A stretch of DNA of 64,000 nt from Tubiluchus corallicola (GCA_030141605.1 JAQGDQ010001053.1:3402-67401), one strand, 5' to 3'. Shown: positions 1 to 13,960, numbered from the stretch's first letter. A program made the numbers and translations. The notes: generated by a model not told the origin, from the sequence alone.

Positions 1-2786
1 CCTTTAGCCAGTCAATGCAGTTTTAATACTACGGCTGTACACCTTGGTTAGGTAACTTCCCTGTAAAATACGAATGCTAGTGTTCTTGTCAAACGCACAG
101 GTAATTTCACGATTTTTTGTAGCTAATCCAGCATAAAAATTATTCAACATAAGTATTGGCCTCTGTGATGAAAAATGGTGCAACAGATGGAAAAAGTAGT
201 AAGTATTGTATTTGTAAGGCCATCTTAATTTGTACCGAGAACAAACATTTTTGCAAGACAAATCTGCATCATTGATAAAAATCAGCATCTTTGATAACTT
301 CGTTTGTAAAGTTCAAATGCAAATGTCACTTAGCACCCCATGATCAGTAACAACATTAGCTTGAAAAAAATAATTTTAGCACATTGCTGTGCTTGGCTGA
401 ACTTAATGCTGGTCAGTGGTCAAAGTCACTCCAGTTCACAAGGTTCACAAAACCTTGTTGTGAAGGTAAAAATAGGACCATGAAAGAAAGGAAATTAAGC
501 AAAACAAATAACATGAATCTGATAACAAATCATTTTCATACGTTGATATACAGGGATTACGATTATCTCCTGTAAATAATTATATGAATTCAAGCAGTTC
601 TCTGATTGTAAACTGAAGGGTTGTCTTCCAAAAAAGTTCCTGGTATGCTAATATAGGGCTTAGCTAAGGATGGATTATGTCCCTTTGGAGCACCTAGGCT
701 AAATAACTTTTAAAAACTTTGCATATAAAATTAACGCGAAGGCCTATCTAAACACAACCATGGTGAAAAAGCATATTTTTATAACCAGCATTATGACAAT
801 AAAACAATAAAAATAAATAAGCTTGTCATATTGATATCATTTCAGTTCATGAAACAATTTGAAAGCTTTAACATTTGGAAATTTAAAATCGTTGTTTTAT
901 AAAAATCCTAAGATTCAAATATGTTGAACTAAGATCAATCATGCTGTCTATATTTGAAACATAGTAAGTCAATGGAATGGGGTGCCATGATTTACAGTTA
1001 GGGCTCCACATGCACGCACGCATCAAACACACACATACGCATACACACACCCTCACATATACACATGCAAGCACGTATGTTCTATTAATTTACAGCATTC
1101 TCAAATCAAAACCCTAATGAAGCTCTTAGTAGGCTGAAACGCGTCTAGAACGATAATAAAAATAATAAAAATGCTAGAGAAATCTTATCATGCCGAAAAT
1201 ACAAGTAATTGTTTTGTATTCTGTCTGCTTTCATTAAGTATAACGTTATTTTACAATTATATGAAAGTAACAATGTTCTAGGGAGGATCATTGCTCCCAC
1301 ATCTGAAACGCTGTTTCCTTGTTATTATTTCAATAAAACCTTTTTTAACACTGAAAATGGGTGATAATGATAATCAATACAACAGATTATCAGAATTCCA
1401 CACAGTTATAGCAAGGAATGTGAGGTGAATTTTTCCTGTATGATTTTCCAATAAATCCTGCTAGGACGTTATAGTTGTGTGGAATGAAATGTCAGCCAGA
1501 AAATTTCAATAATGTTTAGATAGTATGATGATAGAAGCAAATATTATATTATTTTCTTGTTGGGATGCATTGTTAACTTATAGCAAATCACATACCAGTA
1601 GACGACGAATAAACGTTTCCATGATTGATTCGGCTCTGTGTGAATTTTATAATAAATCCTGTGTATCCATAGCTGGTTTCTGGGTAATGAACAGAGAAAG
1701 CAAATGCTGAAATGAAAATGTTACTTATCATCATTATCATCAGGAGCTGGTCAATATTATTATGTCAACACAGTCAAAGATGTTTCCACAATTATCACCA
1801 TCCTTTCCATTATCCAGGGTAATTTGGTACCAACAACATGGATTAGCCACAATCTATTCAGTACATCAATCATTGTGAACTCATATCAATACGTTCTTAA
1901 ACATCATTGTGCCGTCAATGGCGACTCAACATGAAGGGCTGAACTTTGTAACCCAGGATGGTTTGCCCTAAAAATAGGACAGGAATAGGAGGAGGCATAA
2001 ACAAAACTACAACTAAGAAAGAATTGAGACTACATGAAATTGGCCAAAGAGAAACAAGATCAGTGAATTATGGTGGATATTGAAATGTTTTTTTTAATTT
2101 ACAGCTGACATGTTTGCATTAATGCTATTCTGCTACGTCTTGCTGTATTTGTTTGTATTTATGGTATCAGGATGAGCAAATGGGCTAATAAAGTCCTCTG
2201 TTGTTCTATGAACAGTTTCGCTCTGTCGAGTTGCTCACATCAACCCTCAGTGACTCATGCCAGTTATTCTGGATATTGCTAGATTTGTTCATAACATGCA
2301 TTGAAAGTGAAGCACAAAGGGGAAAGTAAAACATATTAGCCAACCAGGTCAGAGGCTTAGAGACCGTTTGCAGGAAGTAAGGCAACAATGCTTGTTGCAC
2401 TAGAGAGAATTAAAAATGAATTTGCAAAAATGAAAATATAAATTAAAGTAATCAGATTGTAAGCTAAGAAAAGGGTTAACACAAACTTTTGAGTTGTAGT
2501 TTTTTAGTGAATATTTTCTGGAAGCATTACTGTGTAATTGAGGTACCCCCACGAGACCTTCAAAACAACAAGGCTAGTGACACTAAAACTTTTATAGATA
2601 ACAAAGTGATGTGAAAATAAGAATAATAAAAATTGTCTCAAGGAAGGATTACTCATTTGGATATTGATGATATGTGAAAGATCAGTGCACTGGCTTCATT
2701 TAAAATCACAGGTAAATATTAAAAAAATCTACATATTCAGTGATGCTAAAAGTATCAGATTCTATATAGAGAAACGTAAAACTTAC

Positions 2787-3047
2787 GCTTCACAGAAATG
2801 TCTATTATCTTTGACGTTACTGAGCCAAGAGCGTTTGTTGCCACACACTCGTATTTTCCTGTATCTCGACTCCTCACGTCATGTCTTGTAAGAACATCGC
2901 CTGTGTCAGGTAAAATATTGCGATCTAGTTTCCAGGTGAAGGTTGGTGGTGGATTAGCATCAGCTTCACATTTCAGCTTCAATGTTGATAACATCACAAT
3001 CTTTGTACTTCCAGTAATAATGCTGAGATTTGCAGTGCGTGGTTTGT
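2787..3047 (-). CDS. Ig gene A, third Ig-domain exon (phase 1-1)
   Basis: Acceptor ttttattag|AC, donor C|GTAAG, 261 nt. Encodes (Y)KPRTANLSI...LKCEADANPPPTFTW...DTGKYECVATNALGS, with the Ig C-W-C and DxGxYxC hallmarks. Confidence 0.9.
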
Positions 3048-3659
3048 CTAATAAAAATGTACCATAAAATTTTACTCAGGATATTAAACACGGAGCTTTA
3101 CATAAAAACACGTATATAGAGTCTTATATGAAAAACAGGTACTTCTACTCAAACGTGCTAGGTAGGAATTAAGTAATTAAATTTCTTGTTTGCTGAGGGA
3201 TTATATCCATAAAAGTCAACAACCCAGGTTAGTATAACAAGGCGAGTGGCATGGTTGAACGGGTTTTCCCCATGTTACAACAATGTCAGACATTTTTATA
3301 ACTAATTTATAACTAACTTATAACTATACCTAATGTATAGGCGTTTTAGAGAGTACTTTTATAGTACAAAACTGCGCAGTGATAAATAGAGAAATCAGTT
3401 CTGACAATTCTGACTGTAATTCAATATGACGTCTAACAAAGAACAATTGTTGTAAATAATTTACAACCACATCTTGATGAGAATTGTTCATATTTCCCTT
3501 CACAGCAGAAAGCAGCTAGAAAGAGCTCAGCGAATGAAACCACTAAAACTAGCTGGTTTCAAACACTGGTGCTTCGTCACCAATTCACTAGCAAACATGC
3601 ACAAAGCCAAATTTGTACGTGTAAAAAACATAAAACATTTTAGTGTTTAGATTACTTAC

Positions 3660-3854
3660 AAAGAACATTTAGAGAAATATCCGGAATAGAAACATTCAGG
3701 GTACGATCTGTTAGGTAACATCTGATGATCTTTCCATTGTCACCCTCTATGCCAGGTGAAAATACATGTCTCAAGGTGCTAGTTGAGGTCACAAGTTGTG
3801 TTGTGCTATCAGTCAAGTTTTCTTGGCCAGCAGAAGACGTTATGTCTTCTTCAC
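3660..3854 (-). CDS. Ig gene A, second half of C2-type (CD80/nephrin-like) Ig domain
   Basis: ag|GT GAA GAA...CTT T|GTAAG, 195 nt, phase 1-1. STSTLRHVFSPGIEGDNGKIIRCY...LNVL joins the next exon as LNVLYKP. Confidence 0.85.
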
Positions 3855-5904
3855 CTAAATGACGTAAAAGAAGCAAAATAATAACATTAATGTTTTCAGT
3901 AGATTATTAGTCAATTTGACTTCTGACAGGGCTACAAAATTCAGCTAAACATTCTAAGTCTGACAGGGCTAGGAAAATTCAGCTAATTATTCTAATTCTG
4001 ACAAGACTCAAAAAGTTAGATAAACATTTTAAGTTTAACAGAAAATTCAATTAAACATTGACAAGTTTTAATATCATCGTGTATCATCATGTATCATCGT
4101 GTATTGAGCCTCTCGTCTTATGTCTCTCATATGTTATAAATGACAAAAATGCACACACATTTGGCACACTGCTTTCAATCGCTTTCTTGACAACCAATAT
4201 GAAATCTTCCTTACTACTGGTGGTTCTTTAAACTATAGTCTTATAAGGCTGTGAATTCCCTTGACAGCATCACTACTAAGACTTCTGCAAACTAGGACGG
4301 TTTCGATTGAACCGCAAAAAAAATTTATATGATTAAAGAGAAAATTTCATAAGCTTCCTAAGTGTCTCTAATGCAATAAATTTTATTTCATTCTCGCTTG
4401 CAACAGTCACTAAAATTTCAGGTTACCAGGTGTGCGTAAGAAAGGACATTGCAGGTGACAGATTGTAAGTGAATTTTGTTGACTGTTTCAGCTACAGTTT
4501 ATTTGACACTAAAGTTGATGGTTATTTTGCTGTAGTTGATACTAATGCAAAGAATTGTTCTACCTTCAAAACCATCATAAACGATATGCCTACATGAGTG
4601 CTCTAAGAATGGTAATAAGACGTCAGTGCTTAGGTGTGCATTATAAGAGCATGCTAAAGATCAAACAGAAAACGTCAAAGCAGATAAGAAAGTGAATTGA
4701 TAATTGTTAAGTAACTGATGAGACAATGCCAGTCTCACTATGCACTGAACGACAACTTTAATTTTTTAAATCTTTTGTTACTTTTTGACAGCATTTTACA
4801 ATATGAGCCTTTTCTCAGTTTCATAGTCTTCGTATGCAGTTGCTGTAGGTCAAAGGTTAAGTGTACCACAGCTGTACAACTGCCATATCTACAGCAGTCA
4901 GGTGATGTGTGGGTAATGCAAATCCGTCTGTCGTGTCAGTTTAGTACCTACAGTTATTTCACCTGGCAAGATCTTGCTTGAGAACAAGAAAAATGAATCA
5001 GGTAAGGTTCTAGTTAGCTGTTAAAACGTTTACTACAGTATTAACATAACATGGACTGCGAGATGTTGTCAAGTGTACACAAATGCGTTGTCTGGTATAC
5101 TCATCCTTTGACGTTTTCATATTCATCATCAATCATTGGAACTGTGAAAAGGCTTATTAATGTCAAACAGTGGCAAGTATTTGTATATGTGTGTGTGTGG
5201 GAGGAGGGTGTGTGCATGCGTGCGTGCGTGCGTGTGTTGCATACATGCGTGCATCTGAGTATTTTCAAAATTTGCTTATGAAATATGCAAGTTTTAATTG
5301 CTAAACGAAACCAAATTGATAACTAGAACAGTTTCAATCCTTTTAGAAACCAAATAAATTCAGAGCAATTACTTATTCTCTGCCTTTATGCACGTGATAA
5401 AAATAATGGCCTCGAAATTGTTTTGATTATCATAATTGCAAAAAGTTTGGTGGCTAAAAATGGCTGCTAAGTTTCTGTCTTCTTGCTTTTCCCCTCCTAA
5501 TATATTTTTGCCTTAAAAAAATCCTAGCACAAGTATTGAAAAACCATCGTCTCAACTATAATGTACATTTGTATTAGAGAAATCAAAGAAAGTTTAGAAA
5601 TTTCTCAAAATAAATCAATTTTAAACACAAAGGATACTGCAATTCTATTAACTCATCTAATTCATAGCTTACTACAAATAATTGTAGTAAACTGGTCCTG
5701 TACAGTATAAAATACAACAACCAGCTAACGAAAAATAAAGTCACAATTGACTAGAGGGAATTCCTGACATGTTTATGTGAATTTTAGTAATTTTTGTCTT
5801 TCATAAGCAAGGACAAAGGTTTCTGATTTGACTAGTTTATGAGAATACCGGAAATATAACAGTAAATAAGTGATTTAAGACAATGCTGAACATAATTCAC
5901 TTAC

Positions 5905-6048
5905 CCAAGTACCACTTAATTTCAGGAGTTGGATTGACGTCTGCAATGATACATTTGAATATTTCATCTGGACTGCTGGCCCTGACAGTGACCTGATTCG
6001 TCAATATTTCTTCGTCATTTAACAACATCTTCACTTCCTTTGGTTTTA
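5905..6048 (-). CDS. Ig gene A, first half of C2-type Ig domain
   Basis: aacag|TA...TTG G|GTAAG, 144 nt. VKPKEVKM...FKCIIADVNPTPEIKWYLG. Paralog at 38234-38377 has the same length. Confidence 0.85.
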
Positions 6049-6850
6049 CTGTTAAACAAGAAAAATAAAAAAAGATATATGATTATAGTAAAACAAAATC
6101 AATTAATTGAAGGTGGGTTAATTAACGTCAAATTGTAATTTGTTCAATGCGTTTTGCATCAACTCAATTTTCAATGCACAAGAATTATGAATTTCAGTTT
6201 TTGATAAGATATGTATGATACTATCATTACCAAAACACTAGACAACAAACTGACTCATTTCTTTTGATTAATATTTAGCAATGAAAATGGCATTTGTTGC
6301 AAACAATTATTTTCATTGAATAAACAACATGTTGGACCAGAAGCTATTTAATGTAAATTTGACGTTAAGAATATGCACACATAGCTGCATTTTATGAATT
6401 CAGAAATATGTACATTGTAAAATCAAAAATCTGAATAACATTAGTAATTAACCAATTCTGTGTTTCTTAGAGCCCAATGTGAATTTGTGACTTGAGAAAA
6501 GATTTGTGATTTTAGTTTTAAAATTTATCAAATATTTCATACAAAGACTGCAAGCTGATCTTGAAAAAGAGGCAGACATTAACCATAAATGTGCGAATAC
6601 TATTAAAAACCTTTCTAGCTAAAATTTAGCACTTAATTTATTAAATTTATTTTGTGTATTTTATGTTAACCAAATTAGTCATAATTTACCATCTTGATTC
6701 TTGATAATTTATCAACAATGCAAACCTGATTAATAATGTTAGGAATCTTCATATGCCCAATGTGAATGTCCACTATTGACATAAAGAGTAGTCGTCATGA
6801 TCTTGCATACATTCTGTAAAATATGTCTATTATCTATAATATTATCTTAC

Positions 6851-7165
6851 CAGTTACAGTTAGTTTTGCTGCATCAGAATCAAGCACAAGGTCAGGTAAT
6901 TTAAATAACTGACACATGTAGGTTCCATCATCTAAGACACTGACATCATCAATTCGAATACTGTGTAATCCCTGTAACTGTGGGTTGTAGCTGTACTTGT
7001 AAGAAATTCTTCCAGTAATAGGAAGAACTTTCCCGTCTTTGAACCAGGTAACTTTGTAACCCTGCACAGGTACCAGAGTCATGTTGATTCTGCATTCAAA
7101 TTCTGCTGTTAAACCTTGCAATACTTGCGTACTGGAAGGCTGCATAGTGAAATATTCACTTGCAC
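6851..7165 (-). CDS. Ig gene A, V/I-set Ig exon
   Basis: tacag|GT...ACT G|GTAAG, 315 nt. FTMQPSS...AEFECRI...VTWFKDGK...HSIRIDDVSVLDDGTYMC. Confidence 0.92.
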
Positions 7166-7439
7166 CTGTAAATAACGGGAACAATAATATTAGTATTCAG
7201 TGGTAAATTTGGAAGTGATCCTAAAATGCCACAGGCATAGAAATTGTTTTTTTTGTTAATTATCCCTAGACTCAAATTAATGGATTGCAACGCCACAGTT
7301 AGTTATCTCGGAAAGAAATTGAAAACATGAAAATTTTGAAAAAATGTTTTGAGAGGAGTAAGTGCTTCCCTCTTAACGCAGCAATGTAATTAGTGGATAA
7401 AAGGTTGGCAATACAGCATAATTATAAATATTCACCAAC

Positions 7440-7560
7440 ATCTTACAAAAGCCAACGTCTTCTGAAACATTGACGTCATCAATTCTAATACTGTAAAAAC
7501 TGTCTCTGTTTGGTTGTTGTCTTTCCATTTTTGAACCTGATGATCGGCAGCTACTTCTTT
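7440..7560 (-). pseudogene. Degenerate partial copy of the V-set Ig exon
   Basis: YSIRIDDVNVSEDVG mirrors HSIRIDDVSVLDDG of the adjacent exon. Frame is broken and no intact splice sites were seen. Confidence 0.6.
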
Positions 7561-7636
7561 GATGTCGTAATAACTGCCATTGGCCTACGTCACACACGTC
7601 ACATTCGTCATATATACGACAAATTTAATAGCTTAC

Positions 7637-7803
7637 CTGTTGTAGATCTGTTACTTGCAGACGATGACATTTCCAATGATGGTGAGAATACTGAAGTTGA
7701 TTCCTTAGGAACTTGTTTTGACACCTGGGTAAAGGTACTGATGAGACGGTAGCTGATGTTTATTTGTCTGAGTGGCTCAGGTCAAGATGTTCACTTGTTG
7801 CTG
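7637..7803 (-). CDS. Possible Ser/Thr-rich 5' exon of Ig gene A
   Basis: Strong acceptor gtttttctttag and donor CAG|GTAAGC. The first ATG (7670) gives MSSSASNRSTT in phase 1 with the V exon. An in-frame stop lies upstream. Confidence 0.4.
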
Positions 7804-8738
7804 CTAAAGAAAAACAAGTAAAAATTACAAGAAAAAAGTTACGTGGGGTACAACTAGAACTTTTTGACAGCGTTCTGTACCACAATTGCGTTTTGTGCTG
7901 CAATTTACAAAAAGATTGCAGTTATGTGACGTTATGTATCTGAAAGTGACATTATTTGAATTTCTGTTTCACATGTAAATTTGATGCACATTGTAGAAAT
8001 TTCACTTTAAAGATTTTCACTGAATTGAAAGGCTGTGATGGGTGCTTGACATTTAGCTAAGATTTGCTATAAAGTTCCTGCCACTATTGTTGGTGATGAT
8101 ATTGTTGTTGATGGTTATGATGATAATGTTAATGATAATTCTAATATTAATGATTATTTACATTTATAACTAATGAAATAAAAAATTTTATAGCAAATTT
8201 AAAAAAATAAACAAAAACCATTTTAGAAAACGAAGTTAAGGATGTGGAACACGAAACCCCTGGTTAATGGAGTAAAAAATAATAATAGCCAAAAAATACT
8301 TCTTTCAATTTTTTGGCAAGGCACCTTTAACTGTTTTTGTTAATTAGAAAATAATTCTACGAGTTCACTAGTTCTACACTTTTAGCATTATACAATAAAG
8401 CATGTACAGTTTCACCAATGAGTATGCATGATTAGTACAAATATACACTAGAAGTAAGAAAAATACGCTTGGATCTACATCAGGTATTTCTATTTCATCA
8501 TCTAGCTCATGACGCGTAGGTCTATAAAACAGTTTTTGAAAGAGTTACTCCTCAAACTAATAATATACCAGTTAGAGTTAAAAAGAGTTTGCCCTAGATG
8601 AAATGTTACATCACACATGTCCTCTCGCTTTGCATCCAGAATTTCATCAGATGTTTGCCCTATTTCAACCGAATGTCGCCATTTTGAATATTGTAAAACT
8701 CAGCAAGCGAATTTATAGATAATCTAGTAACGACTTAC

Positions 8739-8802
8739 CTTGTTAGCAATCGCTTCTAACTGCAATGTAGATCACCACTGCGTGCACTCTACAGCTTATA
8801 TA
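8739..8802 (-). promoter_or_regulatory. Candidate TATA box plus short non-coding first exon
   Basis: TATATAA at 8796-8802 (minus strand), followed about 60 nt downstream by a consensus donor AAG|GTAAGT at 8739. Confidence 0.35.
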
Positions 8803-10371
8803 CAAGGCAGATTGTCTACAGTACACCCACAGCAAAGTTCACTTCTTATCATGCCGTTTTTACACACAAAAAGAATCACATGATTTTGGTCGTATGACTG
8901 CTGAGAGTTCAAATACAGTTCAAATTTCAGTTACCAAATATTCAGGACCCATTTTTCTTATAGCTTAAATAGGCTACACCACAGGCCCTTCAAAATTGGG
9001 GAGAGCATGCTTAAAAGATTTTTAGGTTTATTTTTTATTTCAGGAGGGTATTTTAACATTTTGCAACGATCTTTTGATTCATTTAAATCTAAACTAAAAT
9101 TTAAAAAGGAAGAAGACTGAAAGTGTAATTTTAAATATAAGCAACTATTTACACTATTGACGTGTTGAAATATGTGCTAATTTGGTTTACTATAAATAGC
9201 AAAATAGTGATAAATTTGTAAAGAATATTTTTATTGACAAACAAAGGATAGCTCTTCTGGTTTATTTAGAAAGTTTGCAACAAGTTTACTTGAAGCTTTG
9301 TACATGCCACTAAAACATATGATGAGCAAAAATATATTCAAGACGGGTGCAGACGAGTTAGTGGGTGGCTCTGTCCGAGGAGGGCCCGACAATTTCGTTG
9401 GCTTTCTCTCCCAAAAAAGTCGTAAGTATTGTAAAAAGGGGATTTATTGTCAATAATAAAAAAACAAAATAATAACATTTAACAAAGCACAAAGTCATGC
9501 CAAAGTTTACACAGAGATTTATACATATGTTAGCAAGAACAATGTGGAACATTGGTATGTCGTATGCTTCGTATATCTAGTCACTGCATCGTTTTTAGCT
9601 ATAAGCTCAGTGCCGGAGGCTCTATTATAGGTAGTTTTATTCGAATCAAAAATATTTTAACGCTCTTCCTCAACCTCATCCACACAGGGGCGTATTTAGA
9701 AAAAGGGCGTTTATGGAAAGCACTAGCACTGAAATTGCACCACATTGCAAACACCTGACATCAATCTATTTTTAATTTAATTTATTCTTTTCAAATATAG
9801 CCAGAGATTTTTGTATTAAGACATAGAATGAACTATTGAAAAAAGAAGAAGAAATGGATAAGCGAATTGATGAATAAATTTGTGAGGTAAATGTGTGATA
9901 AGAATGAGATGATATACAACCAAATGCAACTCCCCTTGTTTAAATAACAGTTTATTAGCGTTTTTATAACCGTTGTTCAAGTTTATATGTATAAGATTAA
10001 GTACTAACGTGTTATGCTTCTCACACACATAAAAGGGCGTATCATCCATTTGAAGAATGTTCATTTTTTGAGAAATTGCCGAGTGGCGCCCTTTTTCAAG
10101 TGCAGCCCATGGTACCTGCCAAAACTGCCATTCCCTAGATGCCGCCGCCTTCACAACCTCTCCCACCTCCGGGCAACCCTTGCCCTCGAAGTCTTTGATT
10201 TTTTATTATAAGCTTAACTAGATAATTAATTAAAGTAGACTGTAAGCAACTTGTTTATTAGCAGTCCAATAATGGAAGGATTTGCTGTTTTCAACAGTTA
10301 GTTCAACTTTAAAGAGTTTCTGCTTTGCAGCTGTTTATACCTGTAATTTCCCAGCTAATATTTTTCCTAAA

Positions 10372-10745
10372 AAACTCGTTTCACAGAGAAAACAATATGC
10401 CAGATATATTTTTTAAACAAAAAGAGAAATATTTCGGTTTCGTTTTTAATGCTCTGCTCTGATATTATCTTGGTAAATTTCCACTGCTGTTTGATGTTTT
10501 TCCACTTCTAATGTCTGATGTTTACCCCTAATATGTACCAATGAGATAAAAACGTAATCTCTTAGGAAACCCAATAAAAACAATATTCCAGAAATATGTT
10601 TTAAACAGAAAGAGAAAAATTTTGGTTTCGTTTGTAATGTTCTGCTCTGATGTCATCTCGGTAAATTTCCACTGCTGTTTTTCCACGTCGAATGTCTGAT
10701 GTTTACCCCTAATGTGTACAAATGAGATAAAAGAGTAACCTCTTA
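10372..10745. repeat. Imperfect ~200-bp local tandem duplication
   Basis: aaacaatat..ccaga..tat..ttttaaac..aaagaga..tttcgttt..aatg.tctgctctgat...gtaaatttccactgctgttt occurs twice. Confidence 0.6.
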
Positions 10746-11014
10746 GTAAACCCAATAATTTCTTTTAGCAAACACCAGTAGAATGGCGAACTCGAATGTT
10801 TTATGTTTACCCTTAATGTGTACTAATGAGATAAAACACAGTTGGTTACCTATACTTTGGACGCAATGTCATAGCGTCCTCTAAGCCATAAGCAGTTGCA
10901 GTAAACAATAAACCGCCAGATTTAGTAAAAGCATTACTATTATTCCACACAATATTTTTATCTAAAAGTATCAAAAGTATTACTTTATACTGCCTAAAAC
11001 AGCTTAATTAAAAA

Positions 11015-11065
11015 CTAAGAAGCAGCAAATACCAGTAGAATGGCTACTGCTGCAGTGAGTGACAT
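11015..11065 (-). pseudogene. Signal-peptide exon of Ig gene A with deleted splice donor
   Basis: ATG at 11065 reads MSLTAAVAILLVFAAS*. Relative to the paralog (52537-52585), 42 bp containing the GTAAG donor are missing. Confidence 0.8.
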
Positions 11066-11146
11066 CTTACTTCTGGATCTGACGCCTGCTTAAAACTTTG
11101 TCGTTGATCTGTGACTACTATAATTTTGTTAATAGGACGGCTGCCT

Positions 11147-11153
11147 TTTTATA
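11147..11153 (-). promoter_or_regulatory. TATA box of Ig gene A
   Basis: TATAAAA about 85 nt upstream of the leader ATG, conserved at 52667-52673. Confidence 0.6.
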
Positions 11154-13375
11154 GCAGTCTCAAAAACTGTGCCTGAGAGCGTAAATTTACCAAAACTTTA
11201 CCAGTCAATTAAACGATAAGAACGTACGCAGGTGAAAATGATAATGAAAACATTAGGAAAAGATCGGGCTAATAATAGTTTCTTTGGCAAATAAGTGAAA
11301 CACAAGTCATCTTCTCACGCACTGGGCTAGGTCTTTATTTTCATCATAATCTGATCGTGAATGACACTTAACAAACATACTTGATGGCTTAAACGCAAAG
11401 AATTACTTAGCGTAAATTCCCGATGTACATGCAGTGAGTGCGTGTACTTACTTATATCAATAAACGATCAATCAATGATTAATAATAGTGGTAGAGAAGA
11501 CTAAATAACCTTGACTTTGTAAAAAAAAGTCAGCTCACATTTATTCTAGTGTAATTTACACTAAGCTAATGAACAGGCAGTTGCAATCACATTGTTTAAG
11601 TGAATGAGTACAAATACATTCTTTGAATGCACATCTTAGTGTGGGATCACTTAAGCTTGGGGATGTTGTTGTTGGTGGTGGGAGTGATGTTGCTGCCATT
11701 GTTGCTACTGCTGCTGTTGCTGTCTAGTATGCTGTTTTGTTGCTGTTGCTGTCATTGTTGATTTTGTTGCCACATTTAACTTTGAAAGTTATAGGGTGAA
11801 TGGGGGCCATTTTGTGTATGGAAAAAATTTCTGCTTTGGAATAAAAAAAGGAAATTTTTTTCATTAAAACAGGAATGCGGAATGACAATAACCTGAAGCA
11901 GTCAAATAAAAACGCTTCGACAGGACTAATTCAATGGTATTAGTTATGTCCAGATAGGATTACCTTTTACCTCACCATGAGGGGAAAAACTTTCACTGTG
12001 TGTCACAGAGACAAATAGGCCTGCTTCTGGAATTGAAATGAAGTTGCTTGTAACGCATCAGATGAAAGATCTCCATGAGGCGGACTGAGTGGTAAAATTT
12101 GAAAGGAGATTAGTTGATCTTTGATACTTGGTTGCAGATTGGCTATGGTTTGGTTTGGTAACCAAACAAGGCAAATTCAATAAATTCAAAATGATGGCTT
12201 TCAAACAAAATGCTTACGACATTTCACGATCAAACACTGTAAATGTTCTTTGCAAAGAATGATTGTCAACTTGTTTGTTTTTAAAGTTAGTTTGATTTTT
12301 ATACACAATAATATTACCGAACTAATATCATTGACTTCATAAATTACCTTTATGAACAAATACTGAATAAATGACATAAAAGCGAAACTCTTACGTAACA
12401 ACTCTGGTTTAATGCAAACGTAATCCATTTTGTGGATTTTGCCCTAGGGAAAAACTTATGTGCTTAATAAAAAGTTAATATTTGCTCTCTGCAGGCTGTC
12501 AGGCTCTCGTTTGCTAAAGCTAAAACGGAATGGAAATGGAATTTTTAGTGTATCGATAATAAACCTTTTCTCAGTTACAGCGATTGATGTTGATTGTTAA
12601 AAGGTCAAAGATTAGACGTGTACCTTACAAATCATTTATGTACACTTGACAACACCTAGCATTCTAAGCTCTTGTGATAGTAACAGTTTTAACAGCTGGC
12701 TGGAACCTTGCCTAGTTCATTTTTTCTTGTTCCCAAACAAGATCCTGCTATTAAATCACTCTACGCAAATTAGGCAAATTCCACTTAAAAGAACAGAAGT
12801 AACTGAACTGACAAAGGCAGACGGCTTTCCTTTACCCACATGTCATGTGACAGTTATAGTTAAGACAGTGCAAAAAACTTGTGACCTACAGCAACAGCAA
12901 AGGCTTACAATGTCCAAGCCAAAATTAAATGAACTATAATATACACGAATAAAGCCACTAAGCCACTAAGCCACTGTGTGGGTGATACATTCTTGCAGCA
13001 TAAGGTGATGTGGACGAATGTTAGCATTTTATTCTTTTATTAAATGCTTTAACGAAGCACCTATGAGTTTCCAAATCTTTAATTAAAAAAATAGTGCACT
13101 TTTCATACGTCATATGTGTTATTTATATAACCTACTTATTCCTGTAGTGAAAAAGGACATCAATTTACAGAAAATCTGAGGAAGTGTGGTATCACTCCAC
13201 TGAAAGTTCGATCATCTACAGGAAGTATAGCAGCACACATCTTCCTGTTGCAGCGTGTGCTGGAATGTTCCAGGGAGTTTACATCAGCGTTGTGGGAAGG
13301 ATTATGGAGCATTTGACAAGCAATAGAAGTGAAGAATATCTAACATACCACATTCAGGAGAAAATGACTTAGAAA

Positions 13376-13552
13376 ATGATCAGTTTTGCAAGGATGAAGC
13401 TTCTCTTGGTTCTTGCTACGTTGTGCGCATGCTCAGATGCTGTGGAAAGAGCCAGACCAACTTATAGGCGATTTGCTGGTGAAGATTTCATAACAGAAGA
13501 AAATTTTGATCCTCATGGTATAAGTCAAGTGGCAGTTGGTTATGAGCCTCCC
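13376..13552 (+). CDS. Exon 1 (signal peptide + propeptide) of secreted colipase/prokineticin-fold protein
   Basis: MKLLLVLATLCACSDA signal (ATG 13394 or 13376), dibasic RR, donor CCC|GTAAGT phase 0. TATATAA at 13124-13130. Confidence 0.8.
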
Positions 13553-13726
13553 GTAAGTAAAATTACTGATTAACAATGTGATTTTATTTGTCTAATTTTT
13601 TAACATATAATTTCTTAAATTTGGCATTGATTTCCATTAGTAGCATGTAGCTTGATAAAAAGTTCAGAGACAAACAAACTAAAAACAATCGACTTTTCAG
13701 TGCAGATATGTGGTGTTTTCTACCCT

Positions 13727-13727
<1 letters not shown>

Positions 13728-13765
<38 letters not shown>

Positions 13766-13927
13766 CTGTTTCTCTCTCTCTTTCTCTTTCCTCCTCCCTC
13801 CCTCTCACTTTTTTCTTTCTTTTTTCTCTCTCTTTCTTTTTCTTTCTCTTTCTTCCTCCCCCTTCTCTCTCTCTCTGACTTTCTATTTCTCTCTCCGTCC
13901 CCCTCTTTCTCCCTCCCTCTCTCTCTC

Positions 13928-13960
<33 letters not shown>
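13728..13960. repeat. (CT)n-rich microsatellite in intron
   Basis: Pyrimidine dinucleotide run. Confidence 0.95.

Larger units (their letters stand above)
10882..12850. repeat. Segmental duplicate block X (Ig-gene promoter/leader region), paralogous to 52360-54431
   Basis: Colinear near-identity from taagccataagcagttgcag to ttacccacatgtcatgtgac. Confidence 0.92.

Noticed and set aside
4-1960. Short ORFs conserved between both duplicate copies
   Set aside because: Conservation is explained by recent duplication. Stops differ between copies, and no domain or coherent splice chain was seen.
2206-2399. Phase-1 acceptor ORF as terminal or anchor exon of the Ig gene
   Set aside because: The acceptor is good, but the paralog (~34087-34157) has a frame-shifting difference and there is no clear TM or GPI signal. 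Left unresolved.
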